Source of the DNA: a virus
Taxonomy: Duplodnaviria > Heunggongvirae > Uroviricota > Caudoviricetes
IMG/VR virus record: IMGVR_UViG_3300013307_000015
Strand: one strand, 5' to 3'
DNA: 64,000 nt
Shown piece after piece: positions 9,214-18,521 of this stretch (its first letter is position 1; each line of letters starts with the position of its first letter). Below the pieces are notes generated by a model, which saw only the letters and a list, made by a program, of their open reading frames with translations, was not told the origin of the DNA and searched no databases. The translations under genes were made by a program, and so were the position numbers.

Positions 9214-9669
9214 TCAGCTGGCTTCGAGGATATGGCGTGCAATCTGCGATGCATCATCGTGCAGATACTTCAGCAGCGCATTCCTCACATCATCCGGAAG
9301 ATATTGCGAAGCGATGTCCGACTCGATCTTCCACGTCTCGATCGCATGACGAATCGCCTGCAAGACGTCTTCTGCCTTTTCGCCGTGTCGGATGTTGAAA
9401 GCGAGGGAAAAGCGTTCCACCTTCCCATCGCACACCACATCCACTGCGTACAGATCACCCTGTTCGAGCGGTCCACGGTAGAAGCCGTCTTCGCCCTTGA
9501 CGAAGTCCACCCGCCAGAGCTTCACGTTCTTCATCTCGAAGAGCAGAACTTCCGGCGGATGGCACAGTTCGTCGATGTGAAAGATGCAGGAGGTCATCCC
9601 TCGCGCCTTCGGTACGGGAAACGACTTGGCTTCCATCACCGGTGCTGGTTTCGGTAACTTGTCAGTCAT
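9214..9669 (-). CDS. Divergent Tad1-like paralogue 4
   Basis: Shares LLFE..N, QGDLYAV, LAFN and EDVLQAIRH pattern with neighbours; ATG overlaps upstream stop. Confidence 0.5.
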   Translation of the reverse strand: MTDKLPKPAPVMEAKSFPVPKARGMTSCIFHIDELCHPPEVLLFEMKNVKLWRVDFVKGEDGFYRGPLEQGDLYAVDVVCDGKVERFSLAFNIRHGEKAEDVLQAIRHAIETWKIESDIASQYLPDDVRNALLKYLHDDASQIARHILEAS

Positions 9670-10012
9670 TGATGATGCTCTCCAGAGTCTGAATCCACTC
9701 ACCGTAGACCATGCTATCGATCAGGGGCGTGTCTTCTCGGTTGCGCTTCTGCTCAAAGCGGAACTTCAGGATCGCCGCAAGCGCTGCATCCGTGATGCCA
9801 AAGGGACAAACAATATCGTCGTTGAAGTAGCGCTTGAAATCCATCGGCATGATGGATTGATGGTTCGGGTGGTCCGTTTCGATGATGATGCGCTCACCGG
9901 GTTCCAACTCCATCTCAGCACCATCCACGTTCACCTTCAGGATGGTCGAGACGCGAAGGTCGTCTTCTTCGTAGATGACCTTCTCATTCGGCTTCTCGGC
10001 GAAAGCGCTCAT
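9662..10012 (-). CDS. Tad1-like paralogue 3
   Basis: VIYEED..PGERIII..MDF..FGITDAALAAILKFR; ATGA overlap. Confidence 0.6.
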   Translation of the reverse strand: MSAFAEKPNEKVIYEEDDLRVSTILKVNVDGAEMELEPGERIIIETDHPNHQSIMPMDFKRYFNDDIVCPFGITDAALAAILKFRFEQKRNREDTPLIDSMVYGEWIQTLESIIND

Positions 10013-10335
10013 GATACGTCTCGCCGTTTGGCCGCAGCGATGGTTTCCTCAACGTCGCCGAGATACTCCGCTGCATGACGCCATTGATCGTTTCCGGTTG
10101 CAGCGTGCTTCAATTGCATCCGGTGTCGAAGAACTGCGAGTAGGGCTTCGTCCGTAAAACCGAGACCCCCGCTGCCGGGTGTAACTTGGAAGTACAGATC
10201 GAATTCCTTGGTCTGCGCTTCCCCGTTGAACGTGACGGCGAACATTACACCAGGTGCCAGTGCTTTGCTCGGACGGATAACCACGTTGTCCTTCTCGAAG
10301 ATCGGAAGGTTTTGGTCGAGGGACTGGGCGCTCAT
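10009..10335 (-). CDS. Tad1-like paralogue 2
   Basis: PIFEKD..PGVMFAV..LYFQVTPG..GFTDEALLAVLRHR; ATGA overlap. Confidence 0.65.
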   Translation of the reverse strand: MSAQSLDQNLPIFEKDNVVIRPSKALAPGVMFAVTFNGEAQTKEFDLYFQVTPGSGGLGFTDEALLAVLRHRMQLKHAATGNDQWRHAAEYLGDVEETIAAAKRRDVS

Positions 10336-10778
10336 GCTTTCAGCTGCCCTTCCACGCCGCGCGCCATACGTTTTGCAGTACGCTCATTGAACATGAACAG
10401 GTTGAATGCGCGCTTCATGTGCGACAGCGCCAGTTCGTTTTCTTCGCACGGGAACTTCGCGTTGAGCGTCGACGTCCGGTGGATGACGATCGCCAGCATC
10501 GCTTCGTTTGTCAGACCAGTCACGCCTTCCTGCGGGATCGGACCGTCTTGGAAGAAGATGAAGCGCGTTTCAGCCTGACCTTCCTTGTTGGTCCAGCGCA
10601 CTTCGTAGTAGTGGCCGAGTGCGAACGTGTCTTCACCGAGGCCGATCATCTCGTACACCGACAGGCCGCTCGCATTCTTGTAGACCGGCGTCTCGTTGTA
10701 CTTGAAATCGACACCATTCTTCCAGTTCTCGGGAATCGGTGCGTACCACGGATTCATGTTGAATTTGATCTCTGCCAT
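10332..10778 (-). CDS. tad1: Tad1/Acb2-family anti-Thoeris/anti-CBASS signal sponge
   Basis: FFQDGP..EGVTGLTNEAMLAIVIHR..LNAKFPCEENELALSHM..A....NERTAKRMARGVEG retains the full recalled Tad1 motif set. Confidence 0.8.
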   Translation of the reverse strand: MAEIKFNMNPWYAPIPENWKNGVDFKYNETPVYKNASGLSVYEMIGLGEDTFALGHYYEVRWTNKEGQAETRFIFFQDGPIPQEGVTGLTNEAMLAIVIHRTSTLNAKFPCEENELALSHMKRAFNLFMFNERTAKRMARGVEGQLKA

Positions 10779-10794
10779 TTCTTCTTCTCCAGAA

Positions 10795-12357
10795 CTATGC
10801 TGCTTGGGCCATCATGTCAGCAGGTACGCCATCCCAGAACGGGAACTCCTCACCCGAACCGATTGGACCACCCCCCACTTTCTTGAGCGAACTGTCCGGG
10901 CCATCGATGTCCGGACGCAAGCCACCGATCTTGTGCAATTCCAGCACCAGGTACTTGTCCACTTCATCGAGCACCGGCATACCGCGATGCTTGCCACGCA
11001 TAATCGTCAGATACGAACGATTATTCATCTTCTCGATGTGGATGTAGAGTTCCCCATCCACTTCCTGAGACAGCCGTCGACAACCATCCCAGTAGTTCTT
11101 CTCCGAGATGTCCCGCACGAAGTCGGTACTGCCTTGCCGGATCAGGTTCATCGCGTCTTGCGAGAGCTGGTGCGGCGTGATCAGCAGAATCTTCTTCGGT
11201 GTGCAGAAGTTCTTCATGCGACGGAACAAGTCCCGAATGTCGTCGCCTTGCGCGCCTTGCGTAAGACCCTTCTTGTTGATGAGCGACAAGTAGTCGAGGA
11301 AGAGGCAGTGAATCTCGTAGCCTTCTGCTTCGAACTCCATCACCTTGTTGATGATGTTCTGGTAGCTCCACTGCGTCGGGTCGACGTACATCACGCGCAG
11401 CGTGTAGCCGGTTGCTTGCAGGCGCGTCGTCACGTAACGAGCGATGTCTTCGCTCGTCATCGACTTCATGTGTTCCTTGGTGCACTTCTTCCCGGTTTCA
11501 TTCTCGTAGAGATGCTCGTAGATGAAGCGCATATTCTGCTCGGCCGTATCTTCGAACGTGATACGCAGAATCATCGGCCGTTTGGTCGGGTCAGTCAGAA
11601 TGGGCGTGTTGTACAACGGGATCGTGTCGAAGATCGACAGATTCATGCCAGTCTTGTATTTGTGCTGGAGCGCACCGATCACCCACTCTTCGCCGCGTCG
11701 GAAGCCGCCTTGCAGCATCCGGTTCAATCCTTGGTATCCGGTGCGCATCACACCGACACCCAAGTCCATTTCTTTGACGTTCTCGAACGCCTTAGCCACC
11801 GAGTCGAGGTTAGCGAAGTCCACATCCGATACGATCGCAGGATCGCGCAAGATATGATCGATTTGAAACGGGTCCAGCTTCGCCATTGCGTCGGCGACAA
11901 ATTGACGAAGATCAGCAATGGAGTCTCGCCGGAACGTGAAGGTCGACGAAATGTCCTTGATGATCGCCGCGAGTTCCGACTCGCGGAAGTGATCGTGGAT
12001 GGTTTTCTTTTTTGCCGCAATGAGCTTCTTGAGCTTGGATTGCGGTACTTCTTGCGAAATTGCTTTCTCGAACGCACCGAAGAGTTCGGTGTCGTCTTGC
12101 GTATCGACCTTGAGTCGAACCAGCAGGTCTTCCGGCATGTATTCGTGATCGACAGCTTGATCACACATCCAGACTGCTGTGTTTTTAAGTGCTTGAAGGA
12201 TTTCTCGACTGTGGTCCAGACCAATCGAGACTTCGGGAAGTTTCGCTTCGAGAATGATCCGGCGAACCAGGCCAGACGAATTCTCAGTCTTCGTCTCAAG
12301 CTGGCTCTCCAGATACAGGAGCGTAATCCCGGTGGTCAACAGCAGCTTATGGTCCAT
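10795..12357 (-). CDS. dnaB: DnaB-like replicative helicase (phiKZ gp118-like)
   Basis: TGYQGLNRMLQGGFRRGE, Walker A-like GALQHKYKT, LDYL, TPHQLS, RGKHR. Confidence 0.9.
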   Translation of the reverse strand: MDHKLLLTTGITLLYLESQLETKTENSSGLVRRIILEAKLPEVSIGLDHSREILQALKNTAVWMCDQAVDHEYMPEDLLVRLKVDTQDDTELFGAFEKAISQEVPQSKLKKLIAAKKKTIHDHFRESELAAIIKDISSTFTFRRDSIADLRQFVADAMAKLDPFQIDHILRDPAIVSDVDFANLDSVAKAFENVKEMDLGVGVMRTGYQGLNRMLQGGFRRGEEWVIGALQHKYKTGMNLSIFDTIPLYNTPILTDPTKRPMILRITFEDTAEQNMRFIYEHLYENETGKKCTKEHMKSMTSEDIARYVTTRLQATGYTLRVMYVDPTQWSYQNIINKVMEFEAEGYEIHCLFLDYLSLINKKGLTQGAQGDDIRDLFRRMKNFCTPKKILLITPHQLSQDAMNLIRQGSTDFVRDISEKNYWDGCRRLSQEVDGELYIHIEKMNNRSYLTIMRGKHRGMPVLDEVDKYLVLELHKIGGLRPDIDGPDSSLKKVGGGPIGSGEEFPFWDGVPADMMAQAA

Positions 12358-12474
12358 TGTTGGTGCATTTCTATGAGTAACAAATTCGGTTACGGGATTC
12401 TCTTACATAGAGATCACGACCGTGCTTATTTTTAGTAGACGGAACTTTCCTTAAAGAACACTCAGGAGTGTCTT

Positions 12475-13044
12475 GTGAACCAAGCCAAGAAAGTCGTCCT
12501 GATCCCTCACTGGATTCATGAGACACTGAACCGACATCAGTTGCCCATCAGTGAGGCGCTCAATTTCAACGCCTTGCGGCGGATTGTGTCGGCCAATGAC
12601 ATGGCGGGGTACATTCTTCTGAACCGTCATGCACACCATGTTGGTGTGGTGGATCCCAAAGTTCAGGACCTCGTGGACCTGCCCTCGGTTCTGTACAAGA
12701 CGGTCATGGCAGAGCACATGTCCTACTTGTATGAAGTGGTGTGTCCCCTTTCGGACATGCCGCAGATGAAAGAAGATCTTCAAGATCGTCTTTTCTCCCC
12801 GGACTCGCGTACGCCTCAGTACGAAGATCCGTTCAATATCTATGACGTATCCCCGGAGTTTGTGGGCGTCGTGATCAATCCCGGTTTCTTCACAGGGGAA
12901 GCAGGGAGCGACCAGCATGTCTTCGATTTGCTGGAAGCTGTTGTAAAAGCATTGTATGTGTACGCACCTTTGCACGAAGTTGCGAGCACGCCTGTGTTTC
13001 TTCGATATCTCGGCCTGTTGTCCAAGAAACGGATTATGGTCTGA
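12475..13044 (+). CDS. Conserved jumbo-phage protein upstream of major capsid gene (gp119-like)
   Basis: GTG start with SD AGGAG; synteny between helicase and capsid gene. Confidence 0.65.
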   Translation: MNQAKKVVLIPHWIHETLNRHQLPISEALNFNALRRIVSANDMAGYILLNRHAHHVGVVDPKVQDLVDLPSVLYKTVMAEHMSYLYEVVCPLSDMPQMKEDLQDRLFSPDSRTPQYEDPFNIYDVSPEFVGVVINPGFFTGEAGSDQHVFDLLEAVVKALYVYAPLHEVASTPVFLRYLGLLSKKRIMV

Positions 13045-13094
13045 GGATCACATCCCCAGAAGCATTTTCTTCAAAAACGCACTAAGAGGTAATA

Positions 13095-15317
13095 ATGTCA
13101 TCTCTGACTCTTTTCCGCAACAAGGCCCCGAAGACGCAAGCGGCTCTGACGGCGCTCGACACGTTCGTCTCCAGTCTGAAGACCGAGATCGACGGCGCTG
13201 GTGGCCGTTTCAAGAACGCTGAAGTCGGCCGCGCTGCCGTGTCGATGGAATCGTTCAACGATGTGGTCGCAGGCGAGATCAACGACGTCGTCGAAGGTCT
13301 GGAAATGTCGCTGGAAAGCATCCTCGGCTCGATGGACATGCACCGTCAGTCGAAGGAACATCCGGACGGCATCAACTCGGTCCAGTTCGAAGCCGCTGTC
13401 GCCGCCGGTATCATGGCGTCGAACGTCGAAGCCTCGCTCAGCACCTCGTACTCGGCCGAATCGCTGCGCGTGCAGCCGGACAGCGCGTACCGCACGACGA
13501 AGATCATGAACGTCCATGTCTCGGACGGCGTCGAGAAGCGCCTGGCGCTCGAAGCGTACGACGAGAAGGACAACAAGAACGCGATGGTCTATTCCGTCGC
13601 GTACAACATGCAAGCGGCCAAGCAGGACGCGTTCGCTGAAATGTTCTTCCCGACGATCATCGTCACGCCCGACCAGGTCGGCTTCACGATGTCGATCCGC
13701 CTGATCAACGTCTACAACGAAGTCCGTCGCGACATCAGCGGCAAGAAGTCCGACAACTTCGGCAAGCGCAACATCGTCCAGGCCGTGATCGACCCGACGA
13801 TCCTGCGCAACGACACGACCCGCATCTACCCGGTCGTGCGTCCGGATTCGCAGGACAAGTTCGTCGCTTCGGCGCTGGTCGCACCGCGCAACATCACGCT
13901 GGACGACGGCCAAGTCGTGACGACCGCTCCGCTGGCGATGCAAACGGATCTGTCGCTGCTCGGCCTGTCGCAAACCGACGCGCTGCTCCAGACCGGCATC
14001 CTGGACTCGACCGACGCGATCGACACGGCCATCGGCCTCGACAACCTGTACCTGCAAGTCGGCACGGGCTCGTCGGCTGAAGTGTTCAAGTTCGCAACGC
14101 GCCGTCTGCCGCTGGCGACGTTCAACTACGCACCGCAAGGCAACTACCGCACGATGCTGCTGAACTTCAGCACGCAATCGCTGAAGCTCGACGGCAACTC
14201 GACGAAGGTCGACGGTTCGACCTCGACGGCGCTGGCCATCCTGAAGACCGGCAACTACACGGTGCGTCTGGGCACGTACGTGTCGGGTCAGGTGAACTGC
14301 GAACTCGGCGACACGAACCTGATGGCCTCGAAGGTCGCAGTGGTGTCGGTGCGCAACGCCGACGGCGAAGCACTCGATCTGACGACCGGCGACGGCAAGA
14401 CGATCTCGGATCTGTTCGCAACCGCATCGTTCATCGGTTACGATCTGGAAGCACGCCGCACGAACAGCAACCGTCGCGAACGCGGCCAGCTGCTCGACAC
14501 GACGTTCTACAACCAGGTCTACGCCGTGCCGCTGCGCGCGCCGATCACGATCCCGCGTCCGCTGACGATCGGTGACGCGAACGATTCGAGCGACCTGGCT
14601 GCGCTGATCACCGCGACGCACGTCCGTACGACGAACGCCGCGATCGACACGCTGCTCGAAGCCGCGAACGTGCTGGAAGCTTACGGCAACAACCTCGACC
14701 CGCTGGGTACGGTGCCGGACATCCTCGGCGTGACGCGCTTCCTCGTGAAGCCGTTCTTCGAGCGCACCACGATCGACGTGGCGGCTGTGATGAACAACCT
14801 CAAGTCCTCGGATCGCCCGATGGACCTGAGCGCGGTCATCGTGAACTACATCCGCGACGTGGTGTACCGCATGTACACGGCATCGGGCTACAAGGCTGCT
14901 GCCGACGCGCTGGCTGGTGGCATCGGGCCGGTTCCGACCGTCATCATCGGCACGGACCCGACGATCGCTCGCTACATCAACGTGACGGGCGACCTGCGTA
15001 CGCTGGGCGGTTCGTTCAACGTGCGTGTCGAGTCGACGCTGAACACGAACATGGCAGGCAAGATCGTCATCTCGTTCGGCGAGTTCGGTACGGGCAAGGA
15101 AGGCGTGCCCAACCCGATGCACTTCGGCAACATGGCATGGAAGCCGGAACTCACGCTCGTGCTGCCGCTGCACCGCAACGGCGCGAACAGCAAGGAACTC
15201 ACGGTTCAGCCGTCGTTCCTGCACGTCGTGAACCTGCCGGTCATGGCGATGTTCGACGTGGTCAACCTGTCGGCTGCTGCAACCGACAAGATCGCTGTGG
15301 ATTTCCACACGGTCTGA
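13095..15317 (+). CDS. Major capsid protein (phiKZ gp120-like)
   Basis: 740 aa; LALEAY cleavage site, QDAFAEMFFPTI, RTNSNRRERGQL motifs; very strong codon bias. Confidence 0.93.
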   Translation: MSSLTLFRNKAPKTQAALTALDTFVSSLKTEIDGAGGRFKNAEVGRAAVSMESFNDVVAGEINDVVEGLEMSLESILGSMDMHRQSKEHPDGINSVQFEAAVAAGIMASNVEASLSTSYSAESLRVQPDSAYRTTKIMNVHVSDGVEKRLALEAYDEKDNKNAMVYSVAYNMQAAKQDAFAEMFFPTIIVTPDQVGFTMSIRLINVYNEVRRDISGKKSDNFGKRNIVQAVIDPTILRNDTTRIYPVVRPDSQDKFVASALVAPRNITLDDGQVVTTAPLAMQTDLSLLGLSQTDALLQTGILDSTDAIDTAIGLDNLYLQVGTGSSAEVFKFATRRLPLATFNYAPQGNYRTMLLNFSTQSLKLDGNSTKVDGSTSTALAILKTGNYTVRLGTYVSGQVNCELGDTNLMASKVAVVSVRNADGEALDLTTGDGKTISDLFATASFIGYDLEARRTNSNRRERGQLLDTTFYNQVYAVPLRAPITIPRPLTIGDANDSSDLAALITATHVRTTNAAIDTLLEAANVLEAYGNNLDPLGTVPDILGVTRFLVKPFFERTTIDVAAVMNNLKSSDRPMDLSAVIVNYIRDVVYRMYTASGYKAAADALAGGIGPVPTVIIGTDPTIARYINVTGDLRTLGGSFNVRVESTLNTNMAGKIVISFGEFGTGKEGVPNPMHFGNMAWKPELTLVLPLHRNGANSKELTVQPSFLHVVNLPVMAMFDVVNLSAAATDKIAVDFHTV

Positions 15318-15319
15318 AC

Positions 15320-15520
15320 GCAGGGCATGGTGAGCGTGCATGACCTCAGCGGCTTTCGGCCGTACTCGGGGTAGTTGATCGGGGAATGAGGTCGTCTGGG
15401 TAGGAAACTGCCCAGACACGTTCACCCGAGCCATGCAGTGCCGATCCTGGATTCTTACGAATCCCCTGTAGTTCCGTTGTAAATGCAATTCGCGTTGCAT
15501 CGTAGTCCACTTGTAGTACC
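15320..15520 (+). ncRNA. Highly structured RNA element (multi-stem, two candidate pseudoknots) 3' of capsid gene
   Basis: At least nine complementary segment pairs visible, including GTCTGGGTAG-GAAA-CTGCCCAGAC, GACCTCA/TGAGGTC, CTCGGG/CCCGAG, GATCGG/CCGATC. Confidence 0.7.
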
Positions 15521-15556
15521 GCCCCTTTCCGGGAAACCGGAAAGGGGCTTTATGCC
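15521..15556 (+). terminator. Terminator hairpin + TATGCC
   Basis: GCCCCTTTCCGG-GAAA-CCGGAAAGGGGC-TTTATGCC. Confidence 0.85.
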
Positions 15557-15575
15557 CTTACCTCGATCGAAAACA

Positions 15576-15595
15576 AAAATAAACATATATCATCT
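15576..15595 (+). promoter_or_regulatory. Putative phage RNAP promoter motif
   Basis: AAAATAAACATATATCATCT upstream of the gp122/nvRNAP operon. Confidence 0.5.
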
Positions 15596-15651
15596 CCTTG
15601 GCAGCATTCGTAGTGTCGTTTCTAAGAAGGTGATTAGCAAGAGAGTGGTCT

Positions 15652-16803
15652 ATGACTTCTTCCGCTCAGATCGAGGTGCCGTCTGTCTGGGGTGAGCCCA
15701 ACATCAGTACAGATGGCGTGTTGAAAACCGCCAAGCACAAGAAGTATTTTGAGGTGAGGACAGCACCACTGAACTTCACCTCCCAAGATCTGACCATAGG
15801 CTATCGGAATGGGCTAAAGATTAACTTACCGAAGCAGTGGGATCCGGATCACCAATCGCAGCTCGTCGTCAGAACTGAGTTGATCATCTCCAACTTAGTA
15901 GAAATTAACCTGAACCATCTATTAAGTGTGGTGGACGAGCAATGTTCATCGGAGATGAAGCTGATCAAAGCCAAGATCCAGCTTCCAGACTCCAGCAACC
16001 CGTATCGGAGGGAATTCGAAAGTACGATTATTACCTTGGACTACTCGATCTCGATTCCAGAGCTGAAGAGCTTTGGCGGGAGCGTGTACTTCCACGATCT
16101 GGATCTGATGATCAGTCAGTTACCGGTGGAGGAAGCACCGGATCATCCGTATTCAGAACGCGGCATGGCAAGGCAGCAGTGCATCGATGTGAACCGACAT
16201 CATAACCGCTTTGGCTTCTCGATTGAGATCGTGGACAATCAGGGCGCAATTGGGGAGCGGTACATCAATGTCGGTGGACAGGTTTCGCGGATTCCAGCAA
16301 CCGTCAACTTCAAGAAGATGGACGGCATCTACATCAGCTGGAATCAATCAGTCAAGGGCAGGCTGGATAAGCCCGATACTCAGGTGCGTTGCTTTGAGCC
16401 GGCAATTGCCGACGCAGAGTTCAGGCTCTTTAAAACCTATGGCGAAGCACTAAGCTATGGGAATGGCGATGAAGCCAGAAAGAAAGAGCTTGCAGACATC
16501 GAGTTTCAGACTGCAAGTATCAAGGCAAGAGCAGCGGCTGAGAAAGCCGAGCTAGATCGGAAGAATCAACAGTTGGATTTCGACCTGAAGCAACTTCAGC
16601 ACCAGTTCGATATGTTGAAGGCAGAGCGGGATGAAATCCTCAGTCAACAATCTCATCGCATGGAGATCGAGAAACAGAAGATACGAGACTATTACGAAAG
16701 TAGGTCCTACGATCGCAAGGACAGCAGTGAAGTAGTAAAGTTCCTTCCCGCCATCATCACTGGCGTCGGAGCAATTATACTGGCGATCAAAGCGTTTTTC
16801 TGA
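15652..16803 (+). CDS. Conserved jumbo-phage protein with C-terminal coiled coil and hydrophobic tail (gp122-like)
   Basis: Synteny; coiled coil then RKDSSEVVKFLPAIITGVGAIILAI. Confidence 0.7.
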   Translation: MTSSAQIEVPSVWGEPNISTDGVLKTAKHKKYFEVRTAPLNFTSQDLTIGYRNGLKINLPKQWDPDHQSQLVVRTELIISNLVEINLNHLLSVVDEQCSSEMKLIKAKIQLPDSSNPYRREFESTIITLDYSISIPELKSFGGSVYFHDLDLMISQLPVEEAPDHPYSERGMARQQCIDVNRHHNRFGFSIEIVDNQGAIGERYINVGGQVSRIPATVNFKKMDGIYISWNQSVKGRLDKPDTQVRCFEPAIADAEFRLFKTYGEALSYGNGDEARKKELADIEFQTASIKARAAAEKAELDRKNQQLDFDLKQLQHQFDMLKAERDEILSQQSHRMEIEKQKIRDYYESRSYDRKDSSEVVKFLPAIITGVGAIILAIKAFF

Positions 16804-16863
16804 TAACTGGCCGGAACCAACATTCGAAGGGTTGCGTCCAAATCACTCAATGGAGAGTTTAAA

Positions 16864-18480
16864 ATCGATCCCTCGCTGGCAGCATTAACCGATGCCGACA
16901 CTCCACCCATGAACGAACTCGTCGCGAACGGAATTGCAGTGGTACACATGCAAGCCGCCGAGAAATATATCGACGATGTCTGGTGTTCCGTCGCACGAGA
17001 GTTTCCTCCCGAGTTCAAGTATCTTGGTTGTGAGCGCGCTCACTATCGGGAGGAGTATTCGGAGACCATCCGCAAGCGCACCGTACGAGCGACGTATGAC
17101 GTGGCGCGCTCGGACTTTTACATGATGAAGTTCTATTTCAGCTTCAAGGGGGAAAGGCTGAAACCGAAGTACATCTATCTGCCGTACGTGTCGGAGAACT
17201 GCACGATCCACATCAGCAACGGTCGCTGGTTGGTGAGTCCGGTGTTGGCTGACCGTGTGATTTCGATCGGCCTGAACTACGTCTTTGTGCGGCTGTTGCG
17301 CGACCGGATGACGTTCGAGAAGCTCAATCACCATTTCAAGGTGAACGATCAACGCGAAACGGTGTCGATCGTGTGGTCCAACGTGTACCACAAGAACGAG
17401 CAGCACAAAAAGCTGAAGAACCCGCTGAAGATGAAGTCTACTTTGGCGCATTATCTCTTCTGCAAGTATGGCTATACGCAAGCCATGGAGATGTTTGCTC
17501 ATACGCGACCGGTTGTGGGCGACCACAATACGATCACGCCGCACGAGTATCCGCCTGACCAGTGGGTAATCTGCAAGAGCAATCAGACCCGTCCGAAAGG
17601 CGTCGGGTTTGGTCCATGGATTCCGTCGAATCTTCGCGTCGCGATTCGTCGCGAGGACTTCGATCGCAGCCCGATGGCGAAGAACTTGACTGCGGGTCTG
17701 TTCTACGTCGTGGACTATTTCCCGGATCAGTTCGAGGATCCGCGATACGTCGACGACGCACGCTGGATGATGATCCTGATGGGTCAGATCATCTGGGCTC
17801 CGTCGATTCCATATGGACGACTGGCAAACGACTGCGCGGCGCACATCGCGTCGCTGGACGACTATATCGACAGCATCATGATCGATAAGTTCAAGGAGAT
17901 CGAGAAGCCCATCACCGATCTCTATCAGTTGTTCGCTATGCTGATCGAGAACTTCGATCAGTGGTTGTTTGATGGGGCGGATAAGGTCAACAGCATGTAT
18001 GACAAGGAATTGAACGTGATCGGCTTCTTGCTGGAAACGTTGACGTTCCTGATCGTGCGGCTGAATTTCCGTCTGAAAGCAGCAGCAAAGAAAGAACTCA
18101 AACTGCGGGACGTGGAGAACGCATTGCAGGCAGTCAAGCAAGGCGCGCTCTTTAGTCTGACCAAGACGTCCGGCTGTTTGTCGACCACGAGTAGTCCGGG
18201 TGACAACAAAGCGTTTAAGCTCACCACGATTCTGATTCCGCAGACAGCATCACAGAAGGGAGTGGGCGGTAAAGATCGCGGAGCCATCAATGATGCGACG
18301 AAACGGCTGCATGTTTCGGTAGCTGAAGCGGGGGGCTATTCGAACATGCCGAAGTCGGAACCGAGTGGGCGTGCAAGGCTGAATCCGCACGTCAGGTTGT
18401 CCGACAAGGGACTGGTGCTCAGGCACGAGGACCTGCGCGAAATGCTCGATCGCACTCAGGCCGAGATTAAACGCTCGTAA
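16864..18480 (+). CDS. Non-virion RNA polymerase beta-like subunit, N-terminal part (phiKZ gp123-like)
   Basis: IYLPYV..ISNGRWLVSPVLADRVISI, HYLFCKYG, SMYDKELNV, PSGRARLNP; start at ATC 16864 (SD GGAGAG) or ATG 16909. Confidence 0.85.
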   Translation: MDPSLAALTDADTPPMNELVANGIAVVHMQAAEKYIDDVWCSVAREFPPEFKYLGCERAHYREEYSETIRKRTVRATYDVARSDFYMMKFYFSFKGERLKPKYIYLPYVSENCTIHISNGRWLVSPVLADRVISIGLNYVFVRLLRDRMTFEKLNHHFKVNDQRETVSIVWSNVYHKNEQHKKLKNPLKMKSTLAHYLFCKYGYTQAMEMFAHTRPVVGDHNTITPHEYPPDQWVICKSNQTRPKGVGFGPWIPSNLRVAIRREDFDRSPMAKNLTAGLFYVVDYFPDQFEDPRYVDDARWMMILMGQIIWAPSIPYGRLANDCAAHIASLDDYIDSIMIDKFKEIEKPITDLYQLFAMLIENFDQWLFDGADKVNSMYDKELNVIGFLLETLTFLIVRLNFRLKAAAKKELKLRDVENALQAVKQGALFSLTKTSGCLSTTSSPGDNKAFKLTTILIPQTASQKGVGGKDRGAINDATKRLHVSVAEAGGYSNMPKSEPSGRARLNPHVRLSDKGLVLRHEDLREMLDRTQAEIKRS

Positions 18481-18521
18481 AGAAACCAAGCAAGCAATAA
18501 AGTTTAAGAAAGGAACCGAAG

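Noticed and set aside
15315-15375. Stop-codon readthrough of the capsid gene stimulated by the downstream structure
   Set aside because: An in-frame TAG follows after about 18 codons and there is no slippery site or extended frame; not supported
13098-15500. 800-aa antisense ORF over the capsid gene (similar long antisense ORFs at 6654, 10696, 21940, 32862, 40966, 57771)
   Set aside because: Shadow ORFs produced by strong codon bias on the coding strand; R/V/D/H-rich with no motifs or SD
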